Notes under the pieces: generated by a model
Seen by the model: only the letters and a program-made list of their open reading frames with translations
Told to the model about the DNA's origin: nothing
Database searches by the model: none
Part shown: piece by piece, positions 11,128-23,700 of the stretch
Layout: each line of letters opens with the position of its first letter
How positions within the stretch are numbered: position 1 is the first letter of the stretch
Assembly: GCA_977020255.1 (NCBI GenBank)
Contig: CDROCS010002783.1
Location: 1 to 64,000, forward strand
Direction: 5' to 3'
Source: Obrimoposthia wandeli
Taxonomy: Eukaryota
DNA: 64,000 nt
Translations under genes and position numbers: made by a program

Positions 11128-13453
11128 TTCTGGTTATTATAAACTGATTATTATAAACTAATTCTTATATATTATTTGAAAATCTATTTTTAGATTACAA
11201 ATTATCTGTATAAACAATATTCCGATATTGATTTTTATTGAAAATGGATAATCAAGATAGAGCAAGCACATATATTGGTTCTGGTAGTAATTTATATGCT
11301 AATATGGATTATAATAGAAATAATCATAGAGAAAATATTAATCCAGTAACTGAAACAATAACAAGACCCACGCGCGTAACCGAAGAACGTGAGCCCTTCA
11401 AGGATATGACTAATACGAAGCGATTTACATAAACAACATTATCAACCAATTGGAATCAGACTTCAAAGGATAAACAATTGAATAATATCACTAAATAACT
11501 TTTCTCGAAGAATTCTCCTCTGTAAACACCTTTTAAATTCCATCTCTGAACATGTATAAATCAGTACATAATATATATTTCTCTACATATTTTAAAATGT
11601 ATATTTAAAAATTTATTGATTATTTTAATTAATTGCGATAATGAAGATGAATGAATAGAGATTGTGATAATGAAGGATGAAGATGAGTGATTGCTTTGAT
11701 GAGAAGAAGGATTGTGATAATGAAGATGGATCGAAGTAATGAAGATTATGATGGTGTAACAATGTATGTATCTTTAATAAAAATTATTCTTTGCTATCTC
11801 TATTTACTTGTTTAACTCATAGGTTTAAAAATGTGTAATAAATAGCTTAAGATTACAAAAACGTTTTCTAGTGACAAATAAAAGTAGAATCAATTATACA
11901 AAATAAGTCATCACTTTTCACTACTTCTACAAGTTGTGCCTCATTTATGGCTTGTTGAAAATATTTTACTTCTAGTAGTGCTGGGTGATTTTTGATTTTA
12001 TCGTTTAGTCCATATAAAAACTGATGTAGTAGTAAACGTTCTCTTAAAGATTATATAAAATCATAATTGATTATCTGATCATTATATTGACGTAGTATAA
12101 GTTTCTTGAGAAAATAACCAATATGATTCACTTTATTTTCTTTAAGCTCTTAAATATACCGTAATTCTTCTACTTATTATTACTTCACACTTAACCTCAA
12201 TGGTGATTTAATTGAAATATTTAATGACTGTACAACTTGATGAGTAGAAGAAATATATGAAAAACTTGAATTTGATTTACTATATTGAAATAATAGTAAA
12301 ATATTGATAATTTAAATACAACTTTCAAGGTTTTATATAGAACTTTAAAGCTTACGATAACTGTTATAATTTTGATGAATTATATGCAATATTATTACTT
12401 TGGTATTAGTTTCTTAAGAAAATTATCAATTACATGTGATATAAAATCATCTTTCAATACCTGTTATGATTGTAAATTTGATATAAGATTCTTTGACATG
12501 AGGTATTTTCATCAGGTTTATGCATAATATTGATACAATACATACATTATTGATATCTTATATCTTTGAAAATAATCAATAATATATGAGGTTATGTAAA
12601 GATTTCGTCATGCAATACATGTTATTATCGTGATGATTTGTATGCAGTCCTTTTAGAGTTGCTTGAAGAGAAAATATCCCATCTCACTTCTAAAACTTTC
12701 TTAATATTCCGTCATACATCACAATATCTGATTAATTCCTCAACTCCTTTTAGGGTATATTTTCTCTTCTGAAATCTCCTAAATACTTCGTAATATCTTC
12801 TTCTACTTTGCATTGCTTCGTGAAATGCTACATAATAAATATCAATGATGATTCAAGGCTGGCTGATGAAATGAATGTAGATAAGTTGCTTGAATATTGA
12901 CTTTGGAAGTAGTCTTTGGATATTTGTTAAATCTATATAATTTCGGTATAACTTTCTTTGAGATCTCGGGTTAAGACTATTTATGATCACGAAGCATCTT
13001 CCAGAGATTTCTCTGTTATGTTTGAAGTTATTGATTGAATCAGATGATCCATGAATTTGAAACGATGGATGAAATTGATAAGTAATTGATAGATATGTCT
13101 CTGTAACTATTTGATTCATTCTCACTAATACTCTTAGAAATGTTCAATATTTTCCTTTTGAAACATATAAATAGTAATTAATCATTTCTATTCTTGAATA
13201 TTGCATACGCTTTAATTACTATCTCTTCTCATATATAACAATCCGGGTATAATTTCTTCATATATCACAAGTCCAACATTTAGAACATAATTAACAAACC
13301 AGGTATAATTCATAAATTTCCTCACATATATCAATCAATTCTAGATTATCCCTTTCAGATATAGTCTCTAATTCATCCTAATGTCAATTCTTTAACACTA
13401 TTCTTCACTATTTAACATTATTTTTTGGGAACCCCCCCTTGTCCTTTAAAACC

Positions 13454-13495
13454 GTGCATGTGTGTGGAGTGAAATTTCACTCCACACACATGCAC
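13454..13495. repeat. Perfect 42-bp palindrome
   Basis: GTGCATGTGTGTGGAGTGAAA|TTTCACTCCACACACATGCAC, with an extra outer 9-bp pair ttgtccttt/aaaggacaa. Confidence 0.97.
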
Positions 13496-13529
13496 AGAAA
13501 GGACAAATTAGACCGGACACAACCACCTA

Positions 13530-14465
13530 CTTACTCACTCTAAAAATGTGGGCGATGTAATTAAGTTACTTTTAGTAGAGTTATTTACTCTAAAAATATG
13601 GGCAATGTTATTTAGTTAATTTTGTCTTTAATTCTCTTAAATTAATTCACGATCAATTACTTGTCTTTAACTTTTCTTAAAACAAATTACGATACTCAAT
13701 ACTTGTCTTTTCACGATACTCAAATACTTGTATTTTTAGAACAGTGCAAAACAATTTACGATACTCAATTCTTGTCTTTTTAGAACAGTGCAAAACAATT
13801 TACGATACTCAAATACTTGTCACCTCTAATTTCCACTAGGGATTTATCCACGTAGTTTGGCTGCTGTCCTCAGTCGAGATCTCTGGTTGGTCTCGTACGG
13901 TCAAGTTGGCCTTCCTTTCCTTTTCTTTATGTCCTGGTTGACTTCTCTTGGAGTCAATCGGTGCCTGAGTTACCGAGCTCCACTATCACTCTGTATAATG
14001 ATAAGGATTCATATTTACGATACCAGCCAGAGATCTCGACTGAGGACAGCAGCCAAACTCCGTGGAGGAATCCCTCGTGGAAATTAGAGGTGACAAGTAC
14101 TTGAGTATCGTAAAAAGACAAGTATTGAGTATCGTAAATAGTTTTGCATTGTTCTAAAAAGACAAGAATTGAGTATCGTAAATTGTTTTGCACTGTTCTA
14201 AAAAGACAAGAATTGAGTATCGTAAATTGTTTTGCACTGTTCTAAAAAGACAAGAATTGAGTATCGTAATTTGTTTTAAGAAAGTTAAAGACAAGACATT
14301 GAGTATCGTAAACTGTTTCAAGAAAAGTTAAAAACCAGTAATTGATCGTGAATTAATATAAGAGAATTAAAGACAAAATTAACTAAATAACATTGCCCAT
14401 ATTTTTAGAGTGAGTATACTCTACAAAATAAACCAAACTAACTTGCCCATACTTTTAGAGTGCAT
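13530..14465. repeat. Foldback-like quasi-palindrome with 44-bp subrepeats and a ~118-bp spacer
   Basis: Arms 13530-13897 and 14016-14465 are inverted. Unit ttgttttgcactgttctaaaaagacaagaattgagtatcgtaaa occurs 2x (left) and 3x (right). Confidence 0.92.
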
Positions 14466-14489
14466 ACTCTGTTGAACTAAAACCAACAA

Positions 14490-14790
14490 TTAAAATCGAT
14501 ACGTGAAACGTCCCCACTTGTGTAAAGACTTTGTGAAAAGTACTTAAGATTAGCTGTGGTCATTTTTAGAACGTAACTAGTGTGTTAAAGAATAAAGATT
14601 TCCTACAACTAAACAGCATTGTTACATTCCCACAACACATAGACATAACAAACCTTCAGATAAGAATTGAAACAGGTAATCACAATCTAAGTAGGCCATA
14701 AACTGTAAACCCTACTTCTATAGAACTCACGTTGGGTCCCTCCATCAGAGGATCTATCTGAGAGTTTCATATAGAAACCCCAACATCAGT
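14490..14790 (+). repeat. Dispersed module M (copies at 20400-20500, 2590-2690 partial, 58760-59110 inverted)
   Basis: Shared blocks AAAATCGATACGTG, AGTAGGCCA, GAACTCACGTTGGG, CCTC, GTTTC...GAAACCCCAAC. Confidence 0.75.
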
Positions 14791-15478
14791 AACATCGTTT
14801 ACTGTACAGCTCCTCACATCGACTTAATGGCTGGTGCATTTAATAATATGCACTATCACTCTCAATTTTGGTTATCTGATTGCTATAATAAGGATGTTTA
14901 TGTTGCGAAAGATTTAATTTGGATAATTTTAACGTTGGCTATTTTAAATTCCTGATAGAAGATTTAAAGCGAGAGTTTTTTAGTAAAACAAATTATTTAA
15001 TCATATTTTTATTGGTTATGTAAATTTGAATCATATTGACTACAATGAAAAATTTAGTTTCTAATTTTGAGGAGACTCTTAATTCTATGATAACAAGTGA
15101 GTACAATGAAATCATTAAATCAACTATGCCTGCATTGGAGTGCAACGAAGCTTTCTGTGTCATATTCAAAAATATATCCAAGTTTTTCTACAATCAAGAG
15201 GAGAAATCGGAGAATGGTCAGCAACATTTTTTTGTGCATGGATTTGATCTTCTCGAATATTTCTGTTGACTCCGACAGCGAATACCAATTAGGCGAATTT
15301 ATCAAGGCAATGCAATCGTCAAACTTATATATTTACAAACATGGAGAGTAACAGATTTAACATTTAATCACTCATTTTTGACTTTTAAAAAAAATTGTAG
15401 CTCGTGTAAAATATTGGGTAAACTGTGGTTTACGGATCTACGAGTCTTTAGGTAATATGTATGCTGGTTAATGTGTGA

Positions 15479-16348
15479 TTGTTTAGTATGTTTGTATATG
15501 TTTGTATACATCCTCAGCACAAAAATTTGCAAGCGACATTCATCAAGGCGTTCCTGTCGAATGAAGCCAATAATGAATACGATAAGACGAATAAAAAATA
15601 TGGCAGTTTTGAAGAACGATGCAGAAAAGCCTTTCTACAGAAGAAAACATTGTTCCAGTGTTTATCAAAGACTATGAGTTACAAAAAAACTACAGAAAAT
15701 GTTGATGCATACTTTAAAAAATAGAGAATTTGACAAAAAAGATTATGGGGCATGATATTACGAAAGAAAGTATCAATAAATGCAGTTTTTATGAGTTCAG
15801 ATGCATTGAAAGAATTGAAGGAACGCAATGTTCAGGATTTGGACACGATGGACACGATCAGAAAATATTTGACATCAACTGATAAACTAGCTGCTATCAA
15901 AATAAGAAGTAATTATGCAAACGCAGCAGAAAGAAGATCACATCATTAATGGTTTGTGAGAGCACCTTATCAACAGCGTCGATTGATTCAATAACATGAT
16001 TACCGACACCAGAATCATGCAATGAAAAGAAACAGCGGTCCATAACAGTTTGAGGAAAAAGAATATAGAAATAGAAGAAAGTATCAAAGAAATGCATATT
16101 ACAATCCTCAGCTTACAAAACGATTCTGGGCTTGTAAAGAGCTAGGATATATACGAGCAGAATGCCATAATGTAAGTTGTTTTCATTGTAAGAAGAAAGG
16201 CCATTTCAAGCACCAATGCTACGAAGTTCGAGGAGATCACATAAGCCGGATTCCAGTTGCTGCAGTTGAAGACTACGACTCTGGAGATCACAGTGAAGAA
16301 GATGCTAGAAGAAGCGACCCAAATTTCAACGCTCCACTGCAGGTATAG
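15479..16348 (+). pseudogene. Retrotransposon gag-like ORF with two CCHC zinc knuckles, disrupted
   Basis: FEERCRKAF...ENVDAYF (gag-like). At ~16125-16220: (F)WACKELGYIRAEC and CFHCKKKGHFKHQC. Confidence 0.7.
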
Positions 16349-17040
16349 TAAAACATAATATAGTGACTAAAGGACCTCCGATTGTACCGATTGTAATTAT
16401 TAACTTATATTAAAATTATACAATTTTATATCATTTAATAAGATTTTGAAAATTTATAGCTCAATAATTCTGTGATTTGACTTTAATTTCCACTTTTGTT
16501 GTTGTTTATGGGCAAAGCTATACTAATGCATAAATTATTTTCTAATATCTAAATTTACTGCATAACTTTCTTTATTAATTAACATATTTAGATTAATATA
16601 AACATTAGATAAATTCGTTCTAAATCTTAAAACGAATTTACACAATAAATTAGAGTTGTATTTGAAAAAGTTTTATAAATTTTGAAAATCAATCGCTCTT
16701 GGTTATATAGAGATTTTCAATATAACCGAAAAGATTTTGTAACTTATTTATAGATATGTGATTTTATTTTTCACATTTATACGGTCTTTTTAGATATATT
16801 CAAAAATCTGAGATAAGTTTCCTCTTGCAATTGGTGATGATTTGTGAAATAATCCGAATAATTGGTACTTTTGTGGTAGTTTCAGCAAAATTATTTTGTG
16901 GATGAATTTTTTTTTATGTTTCTTGCTCGAATATTTCTGTTGACGCCGACATCGAATACTGATTCAGGAAATATATCGTGGCTTAAGGTTGCATTAATAG
17001 TCTCGTAGGCCCTAGGAAAATTGAGAACTCATGTGACTTA

Positions 17041-17120
17041 AACCCGATATTATTATTGATTATATTTTAATTGCTAAATAAACCCGATATTATTATTGAT
17101 TATATTTTAATTGCTAAATA
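17041..17120. repeat. Perfect 40-bp tandem duplication
   Basis: aacccgatattattattgattatattttaattgctaaata x2. Confidence 0.95.
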
Positions 17121-17389
17121 AATCTATAACGAATTACAGAATAAATTCTTCGATTGAAGGATACTTTTGAAAGTAAATATAATTAAATATTTAACTGTTT
17201 ACAAAAAAGCTACGAGACGATATGACGAGAAAATAATGAAAGGATTTACACTTCAGTATTTTGGTCACACAGGCATCGTAGCGCTTTTTTCGAGAATGGG
17301 GTCGATTTGTGGGCTTAAAATTTTGTGTATGTGTCCTGTCTTAAACCCATTTTTTAACAATCTAATTTAACATCAAATTTTACGAATAA

Positions 17390-17520
17390 ATTAAATCCAC
17401 AACTTATCCTCATTGACATCATTCTCATCAACTTCCAAGATTATCGAATATGGCAGAGTCATGAAGCTGTTCACCAACTTGAACATCTGAAACCCTCCTG
17501 TATTTATGGGCTCATACATG
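17390..17520 (+). pseudogene. Decayed copy of the ankyrin-gene exon at ~43300-43430
   Basis: Nucleotide similarity (ttatcctcattgacatcattctc...gaagctgttcacc-aacttgaac) to the reverse complement of 43310-43430 and to 18660-18780. Confidence 0.6.
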
Positions 17521-18229
17521 GTATACACTATACCTCCAGACTAGGTGACGAATCGTGTTTAATGGAGCTGCTAACGTGATGGGAGAAACCTTGAAACATA
17601 AGAATATCAGCAGTACCACGAGACCTTTTACCAGAAATGTGTCGGTAAGCACCCGGTGTATTTATGTAGCACTAACGAGTTTTTTCGGGAGAAACCACTC
17701 TTCGGGGATGCCTTGAGGGCGGTGACGGATAATGAGAATACCAGTTGGTCACGAACCTGTCATTGGACTCGGGGAATAACAACTCTGACTTAAGGGACTG
17801 TAGTGGTTATTTTATTTGCGTATTTTACACGTTTATTATTTTAAGTAATTTGTTGTATTATTAAAAATAATATTATTCTATTAATTCATTTGAAAAACAA
17901 AATGGAGTAAAGAGGTTTGTTTTAATTGTTAATTGTATTTAGTTAATTTAGGTTTAATTTTTATTATATATATGCAACAAAATGAAGCTAATTATGGACA
18001 GAACTATGCAAGGGATTTAACTTTGTGTCGCAACATCTGAGACTGAGCCATCCAACGGAGTACAATGTCAGATATGTTGAGAAAATAAGCTAGGCAGCCA
18101 CAACGTGCGCGGCGAATTTGGCTAAGAGACCACGTAGGGAGGACGATCAGATAAAATCAAGGTACCAGGTGTTACACTTACTGCCCAGGAACTAATCAGG
18201 GGAATAGGTTCAATTGAGTGATTGATGGC

Positions 18230-18790
18230 GTTGGGATAAAGAGACTGACGGACTGCTACGTCTCTGAACTCCATTGCAGTGGTCATCGAGATCAGGGTCA
18301 ATTTATGGGCTAGAGATGAAGTGAGTGGTTTATTTGTGTAGATTAACCAATTCATACAGGCAGACCTACTCGCACTTGATCTAGCGAATTAGAAGAAAGT
18401 CAACTGTGTGAAGATGTTGGAGGCGGCCACTGAGAAAAAGAAATGAAACGTATCTAGTGCCGTTGCCGATTTATGGGCCGAAGCGGATAAAGACAATCCA
18501 CAAATCTGTTTGCTTGCTCAATGAATTTGTGAGTATCGCCATAATAAATACAAACTAAAATAAAATGTTTATCACCTTCAGGCGCTAATCAGATAATTTG
18601 ATATGTGAATATGCACAATGAATATTTCATATTTCTATGAGAAATAGTCAGAGTTTTAAAAATTAATTCCACAACTTATTCTCATTGACATCGAAGATTA
18701 TCGAATGCGACAGATACGACGACATGCAAAACTTTAAGAAGCTGTTCACCTCCAACTACTTGAACTTCAGAAACCCCCATGTTATCGAAT
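18230..18790 (+). pseudogene. Decayed paralog of the ankyrin gene block at 43300-44060, introns retained
   Basis: ...ARDE / gtgagtggtttatttgtgtag...catacag / ...ALDLAN*KKVNCVKMLEAATEKKK matches exons 3-4 of the gene at 43853-44472. Downstream sequence matches 43640-43870 and 43310-43430. Confidence 0.8.
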
Positions 18791-20266
18791 GATTGAATCA
18801 GTGATTAAACATGTTTGTACATGAATTGGAAGAATTAAATGAAAAATTATTAAAATAAATGGCTATATTTATAGTCCTTGCAAAGGACATATCGTAACCC
18901 TGAAGATTAAATTAAATTATTAAAAGGGGAACAATTTAAGAAAATTAGAAATGTAGATTAATCAATCTCATGTGACCACTGATTCAACAGCGTAAATACA
19001 GGTCACATGAGACACCACAACACAAGAAGTGGATTTAGATAAGAAAAAACGAAGTGGATTAGTTGTACTAGGAAGTACCACATACAATTTGGATTTTTGT
19101 TAAATTTTTTAACATATCATTAATACAGGAAATGGACACTGGAAATCCTATAAAAGAAGGAATAGGAGATTTAAGTAGAATATTGAAGCACGACATAAAA
19201 GTGGACTTTTACCACGAGAGGAAAACTGGATGAGGACTACGCAAGAAACAAGGAATAGACCCACGAGAAGAGAACGAGACAAGCTTAAATACCAGTACTG
19301 GACGAACTCGAAACAGGACCAAGTATCGAGTGTTAAACGGTGAGTAGAATTTAAATAAATTGTTAAAATTCATAAGCAATCTCATTTATTTAGTTGTCCT
19401 GAACATGGACTATTTTTAGTAGAATTAAGATCAGGGAAAAATCTGTTAGATTAAAGAAATTGAAAATAGGATAAATAAAATAATTATTTATATTAAAAAT
19501 TTTAACCTTAAAACCAAAGGTCAAAATGAATTTAAATAGAAAATTAAAAATAAAATAAGATTTTAAATAAAATTAAATGTGTCAGAAAAATTAAGACCTT
19601 GAAGAGGTCATAAAAATATGTGTTTATTAAGAACAAACAATGTACAAAAAGTGTAAAAAGGAAGATAGATTGAATAAAGTATTAATTGAACTAGAAAGAC
19701 AATTTAGAAGAAAATCCCTCGAAAATACGAGAAAAACAATTTCGTACCTCATGTTTGTAAATGAAGTGTAAATGACTATTGAGGTTGTGGTTGTTTTTAA
19801 AGATAATTTACATAATGGAATTGTTTAAACAATTTTTTCCCAAATTGACAAACATCATAAAGATTGTCTGTATTTTAAATGATTTTAGGGTTGAGATTAT
19901 TTTGTAGACTCAAAAGTCAAATTTACAGGCATATAAAAACATATTTGTGTCATTTTTTTTTGTGTCAAATATTTAATAGAAAATATTATCATGTTTTGTT
20001 TAAATGATTCATAAGTTAACATTTCTAAATATTTGTGGTTATTAGGTAATTTTTAAGCGTGCCAACAATAATATTTGACTTTATAATAATGTGAAAAAAA
20101 GTATCGGAAGAATGAACAAAGAGTTAGTTTATACATTTTACAAACCTGGTCTTAGGTTTACGATCGCTTAACAGGCCCACACTGTAAGAAAGACAATATA
20201 TACAGCACTCAAGCGACTGTGTGGACTTCGGATGCCACAGTAACATCAATAGCAGTCTTCAGGACA

Positions 20267-20900
20267 AACCCGACATCCTTTAGCCTTCTCGCAGGGCATT
20301 TAGACTTTAGATTAGACACAACACAAAAATAGTTTTAGAGAATTTTACATTATCCTTGAACACAGACTATCTAACAAACAAAAAAACATCAGAGACATGA
20401 TAGGTAGGCCACATTATGGATGAGAGCCATATCACTACAGAACTCATGCTGAGGGCCTCCATACGAGTATTCTAAGTTTCGATAGAAAACTTCAACAATA
20501 TCAATAAATGCTGCATATACAATTCACTTTTTAAAAAATTATGAATCTGATATAGAAGCAAAATATAGAAATGATAACACAATTATTCAAGGGTCACGCT
20601 AATTATAAATCCTTTACTACAGGTGAAACATAAGTTTGTTTTACATACTCTTTATAAAGATTAATTCAAAACAAAATTTATTGAAATTTAAGAAATCCTA
20701 TAATTATGTTTATGTAATTAGTTTAGGAAATGTGATCTGCCATCATTTATTCCTTCAAGTTATCATATTTTTAATGTAATCACTATTTACTAACCAAATT
20801 CACAAATTTCAAAGAACTGTGTACAAACTGTTATTAGCAGATTAAGGGTCTTTAGTTAGGGCTTATGCGTGTTAATGTTTGCATTACTAAATACCTACTT
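20267..20900. repeat. Right arm (part B) of the inverted duplication
   Basis: Reverse complement of 2206-2815; includes a copy of module M at 20400-20500. Confidence 0.9.
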
Positions 20901-22819
20901 ATACATACAATAAAATCTCGTTACAAAGTACACCGGACATAACGTACATCGATATAGATATATTTTGGATCCTTAGAAGATATTTTCCCTGTTAATGCAA
21001 CTGGTTGCAAATATATTAACATGTATAAAATTGTGGTTAGCATTAAAAGTGGAATTTTAAATTATATCGGATTTAACTTAGTCTTTAATTAAACAATATA
21101 TAATATTCAATTTTTATATGGTAAAATATTAAGATCCCAAAATTTTTATAGATTTTATCATATTAATTATTTTTTCTGAATGCTTGCTTAATTTTTAATA
21201 ATTTTGTTAATTTATTCTAATGGATACTTTTTTAATGTTAAGATGACCCATTTTAGTTTAAATGTGTTGCATCTCAAAACAAAAAATAAAAGTAACGAAT
21301 TAATATATTAGAAGTATCGAGGCATATTCTTATTATTCTTAATTATTTTGGTACCGAACATATCCTTAGCCAGAACTATAAATACAATAAGAATATTTGT
21401 TTGTTATTTATCTTACATAGCGTCACAATCTGGATTTGTATCGAATATACTGGTTAATGAAAGCGTTATAAAGGTATTTTATAGTTTGAAAAAGATAGCG
21501 ATGAAATTTTTTAAAAATTGATAAAAAATTAATACATAGCGAAAGAATTGGATTTTTTGACTCACTGCGATCAAACTTTAGAAAAGTTGAAGAAAAAGAA
21601 TATGCTACAAATATTTCAAGAATTAATTTACTCTTTAATTTTAGTTCACAATATTTGAATTTTTCAATTTCCTTTTATTCATGATCTTCAAAATGAGTTT
21701 ACACCAATAAATCGCAGCAATTTTTTCTTCTGTTTCTGATTTCTATAATAACAAATTATTTCTTTTTTGAATTTATATGCTAAGGTATTTGAAATTAGTG
21801 AATATTACCTAATCTTTTTTTGTTGAGAAAACCACTGGTTACGCATTATACCGAATCATATGGGTTTTTACAAATTCAACCAATTATCAAGGTTATTATT
21901 ATTTTCGATTAATTTTACTTTTATGAAAAATAACATTTTATTGTAAAGTTTATTCAATCAGAAATGATAGCTTTCTTCCTGTCTGTGATATTTTCTAGTA
22001 TTATCCAAAGTTAAATGACGACTGATACCACAAATGAAGTTATTTTGGAAATAAAAGCTATTGAACAAAAAGTTATTTAATTATAAAAAATTAAAGATAA
22101 ACCCTGTGAAGTAAAAAAAAATTATTGACATAATAGCGACGCAAATATTCACTAAAAGAAAATCATTCAATTTGGTTCTGACGAATTAACATTAAATAGA
22201 AAACCAGCAATGACAGATCATAAAGTCTAATCTCTAAATTACTAGGTAGAAATTTAAAATCAATACGTCATCGTAGTTTAAAGTGTGTTTGAATCGAGTA
22301 TTAAAGGACAATCTACTTGTCAACTGCTAAAACCTTTTTAATTAGTGTAAAATAATATAGCATTTTCCTACATATCGAACCGAGTTATTTCGATTACCCA
22401 ACATATAGGAATAAAACAAGACGATTCCCTCTACACACCATACTACATTATGATTTTTAAAAATATGAATCTTTATTATTATACAGAGTGATAGTGGACT
22501 ATTGGAAGTCTGTATTGATCTACAGAAACTGTACCGAAATGGCCATATGCGATAAATTACTTCAAATCAGAACTCCGACAACTATGCTACGCTCAAGAAA
22601 TATGCAAGTTCCTGGAGTTGGAAACAAAGAACCCAAAAATAGGGGCATCAGATGCCACAACAGATACAATCGCAGTTGTCCAAACAAAACCAGACAAGAA
22701 GACCAGCATGTCAACAAAAATCGAGCCCGCTAACATATATTTGCAAGAAGCTTGAGCATGTCTGATACACTATTCAGGAGAGCAGAGTGCTTCAAGATCA
22801 AGCATACTGATCCTGCTGA

Positions 22820-23700
22820 GGTCACTAAAAGCGGCACCGAAAACCGCTCCAGGAACTGATCAGGTCAAGTATACTGACCTGGTTCTGCCGCACGAGAACG
22901 TCTGAGCGAGCTTTACAATGCTTGCTTTGACAAATGTGAGACACTTGATACATGGCGAACGTTCAAAACGAAGTTCATCCAGAAGCCACAAAAGGACAGG
23001 TATGATGACATAACTACATGGCGGCATATTGCCGTTATGAGTTGTAGTTATAAGATTTTCGCAACAATGATCGCAAGGAGAATGAGCGACTGGGCCTGGA
23101 CGAATCGAGTTGATCAACTTGATCTCAACGGATGTACATCGAGACCGGAACAGGAGTAGCATATATTGCTTTCCTTGATTTAGCCGATGCCTGTAAACTT
23201 CATCTGGGGCATGCTCCAGCGAAGTAATGTGGATCCAACCGCCATCGAACTACTGGCAGACATTTACAAAAAGAATCTGACGAACATCTCCTGTGGTAGC
23301 CAGAAGATTGACCGAATAAGGATCAGACGAGGAGTGCGACAAGGATGTCCTCTCTCGATGCTGCTCTTTAACATGGCCATCAACCCAGTCATTGAGGCGG
23401 TGAAACAATACAGTGGCCCTGGATACAAATTCGATAGCGGCGAAGAAATATGCGTTCTAGCGTACGCAGATGACTTAGCGCTCATATATGGATCTGAGAG
23501 CGGTCTTCAACGAATGATCAATGTAGCAGATGCGACAGCCAGCAGCCTACAACTGACATGCAGGCCAAGCAAGTGTGGGTATTAAGGATCCCTCAACAAG
23601 ATCAATCTCAGGTAAATCACTTCCAACTTCGTGGAGAATATATTCCTGAGGTAGTTAATGATCGACCTTACATATATATAGGAGGCGACAGAAATGCTGG
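22820..23700 (+). pseudogene. Non-LTR retrotransposon RT fragment (R2/NeSL-like), less decayed copy
   Basis: KTAPGTDQVKY; TWRHIAVMSCSYKIF; AFLDLADA; GVRQGCPLSMLLFN; LAYADDLALI; CRPSKC; PYIYIG. Confidence 0.88.

Noticed and set aside
12300-13125. Paralogy with the orphan ORF at 45912-46370
   Set aside because: Only a few short word matches across broken frames; not supportable by eye.
14060-14085. HDV-like ribozyme suggested by ATCCCTCGTGG
   Set aside because: Could not build the P1/P2 nested pseudoknot, and the sequence lies within a palindrome arm.
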